A program made the translations under genes and the position numbers. DNA of 64,000 nt. It comes from the human T2T-CHM13v2.0 reference genome, Homo sapiens. The notes under the pieces were generated by a model. That model saw only the letters and a list, made by a program, of their open reading frames with translations. It was not told where the DNA came from and did not search any database. Where the stretch lies: assembly GCF_009914755.1 (NCBI RefSeq), contig NC_060936.1; one strand, written 5' to 3'. Each line of letters opens with the position of its first letter. Within the stretch, counting starts at the first letter, position 1. Positions 62,207 through 64,000 of the stretch are shown here, piece by piece.

Positions 62207-62758
62207 TGTTACAGGAAAGGGGTCCCAATCCAGACCACAAGAGAGGGTTCTTGGATCTTGCTCAAGAAGGAATTCAGGGCAAGTCCACAGTGAAAAGTTA
62301 AAGCAAGTTTATTAAGAAAGTAAAGGAATAAAAGAATAGCTATTCCATAGAGAGAGCAGCCCCGAGGGCTGCTGGTTACCCATTTTTATGGTTATTTCTT
62401 GATGATATGCTAAACAAGGGGTGGATTATTCATGCCTCCCCTTTGTAGACCGTATAGGGTAACTTGCTGATGTGGCCATGGCATTTATAAACTGTCATGG
62501 CGCTGGTGGGAGTGTAGCAGTGAGGATGACCAGAAGTCACTCTGTGGCCATTTGGTTTTGGTGGGTTTTGGCCAGCTCCTTTACTGCAACCTGTTTTATC
62601 AGCAAGGTCTTTGTGACCTGTATTTTGTGCTGAACTTCTGTCTCATCCTGTGACTTAGAATGCCTTAATTGTCGGGGACTGCAGCCCAGTAGGTTTCAGC
62701 CTCATTTTATCCAGCCTCTATTCAAGATGGAGTTGCTCTGGTTCACATGCCTCTGACA
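62207..62758 (-). mobile_element. MER41A-like solo LTR nested in the MER4 leader
   Basis: tgttacaggaaaggggtccc...catgcctctgaca, 552 bp. Confidence 0.85.
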
Positions 62759-63698
62759 GTGTGAGCAATGAAGATAGCTCAAGCTTGCACCTGGCGCCCG
62801 TAAGAGCCTTGTGAAAGGTTAGGGCCATCTCCACTAAGAGTCCTTCCCTTGGTCACCAATTTACAAATTTGTAAATCAAAAGGTATGAGAGATAGGTCTT
62901 AATCAATTTAGAAGTTTATTTTGCAAAGGTTAAGGATGCACGGGGGAGACAGGCCTGTGCCTTTCTCAAAAGATTATTTTGAGGGCTTCAATATTTAAAG
63001 GGGAAAAATAGGTTGAAGGGGAAGGAGAGGTGAGGGTATGTTCACAATTCTGAATCCACAGGTTGCCAGAGAAAAATGAGCAGGTAGGTAAATAGTCAAG
63101 TATGTATGCATCTTGCACTTAGTAAACTGACACTTTAAACAAGATAAAGTGAACATAGAGTACCTACTCCTGGAGATATTTAACCTTTATACCTGTAGCT
63201 ACCTGCTTAGGAACAAAAGAAAAAGCCGCTTTTGGTGACTCAGCTTCATTTTGTTTCTTTTGGCATAGTAAATTGGGGTCCCAAGTATTTATTTCCTTTC
63301 ACAGAATTCACTTGCAATAATGTTAAACAAGGTTCCTTTTAACTTTGTCCAGGGAACATAGAGTTTGTTTGTTTTCTGAGCTATCTGGTAAAGTCTATTG
63401 TGATGAAATATTTGAATAATATTTCAGCAGAATGGCAATCATAAGGAAAAAGTATTGGCTAATGCAAGTGAATTATCTTCTATTGTCTAAGGGTAATATT
63501 AGGCTTAATTATTTTTACTTTTAAATACTGAGTGTTACAGTGATTTCACTTTCATGTGCATAGCAAAGTGACAACAAACTGGTGGAAGAAATAAGATTTC
63601 CAGAATAATCCCTTAAAGCATATTTGGAATAGAAGCTAGGAGTTAGGAAGATAGCAGTGTATGTAAGGCACATTACCTGCAGTCCAATAAAGAAGCCA

Positions 63699-63999
63699 GG
63701 CCGGGCGCGGTGGCTCACACCTGTAATCCCAGCACTTTGGGAGGCCGAGGCTGGCAGATCACGAGGTTAGGAGTTCGAGACCAGCCTGGCCAGTATGATG
63801 AAACCCTGTCTCTACTAAAAATACACAAATTATCCGGGCGTGGTGGCACGCGCCTGTAGTTCCAGCTACTTAGGAGGCTGAGGCAGAAGAGTCACTTGTG
63901 CCCGGGAGGCAGAGGTTGAAGTGAGCCGAGATCCCACCACTCCACTCCAGGCTGGGTGACAGAGCGAGACGCCATTTCAAAAAAAAAAAAAAAAAAAAA
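63699..63999 (+). repeat. AluS (Sg-like)
   Basis: GGCCGGGCGCGG start, A tail. Confidence 0.92.
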
Positions 64000-64000
64000 G

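Noticed and set aside
62420-62450. MER41 as an interferon-gamma (STAT1) enhancer
   Set aside because: Reads attattcatgcctcccc, without the tandem TTCCGGGAA GAS block of MER41B; MER41A-type

Overview
Human (primate) genomic DNA, recognisable as the 5' end of SLCO1B3 (OATP1B3, chr12p12) plus about 43 kb of repeat-dense upstream sequence. Host gene parts on the + strand are the liver promoter (FXR IR-1, HNF1 and FOXA sites), non-coding exon 1 (~43336-43396), a 115-nt Tigger/MER82-derived 5'UTR exon (46155-46269), the first coding exon (48298-48446, MDQHQHLNKTAESASSEKKKTRRCNGFK), and the cancer-type alternative first exon ending at 55296. Most of the rest is nested retroelements: a HERV-H 3' end inserted in the 5'UTR of a near full-length L1PA3; an ERV9/LTR12 provirus with a strong APOBEC3G-type scar that differs between its two LTRs; an old L1MA with a THE1 insertion; a CpG-rich solo LTR12 inside an Alu; and, in the intron, an antisense HERV-H without its 3' LTR sitting inside the LTR of a MER4-group provirus. 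Almost all ORFs in the supplied track are repeat-derived or spurious. The best candidate for an undescribed mechanism is inference only: the intronic LTR7 may drive the cancer-type isoform in one direction and an unterminated antisense HERV-H transcript toward the liver promoter in the other. Subfamily names come from my recall of consensus sequences, not from a database search.
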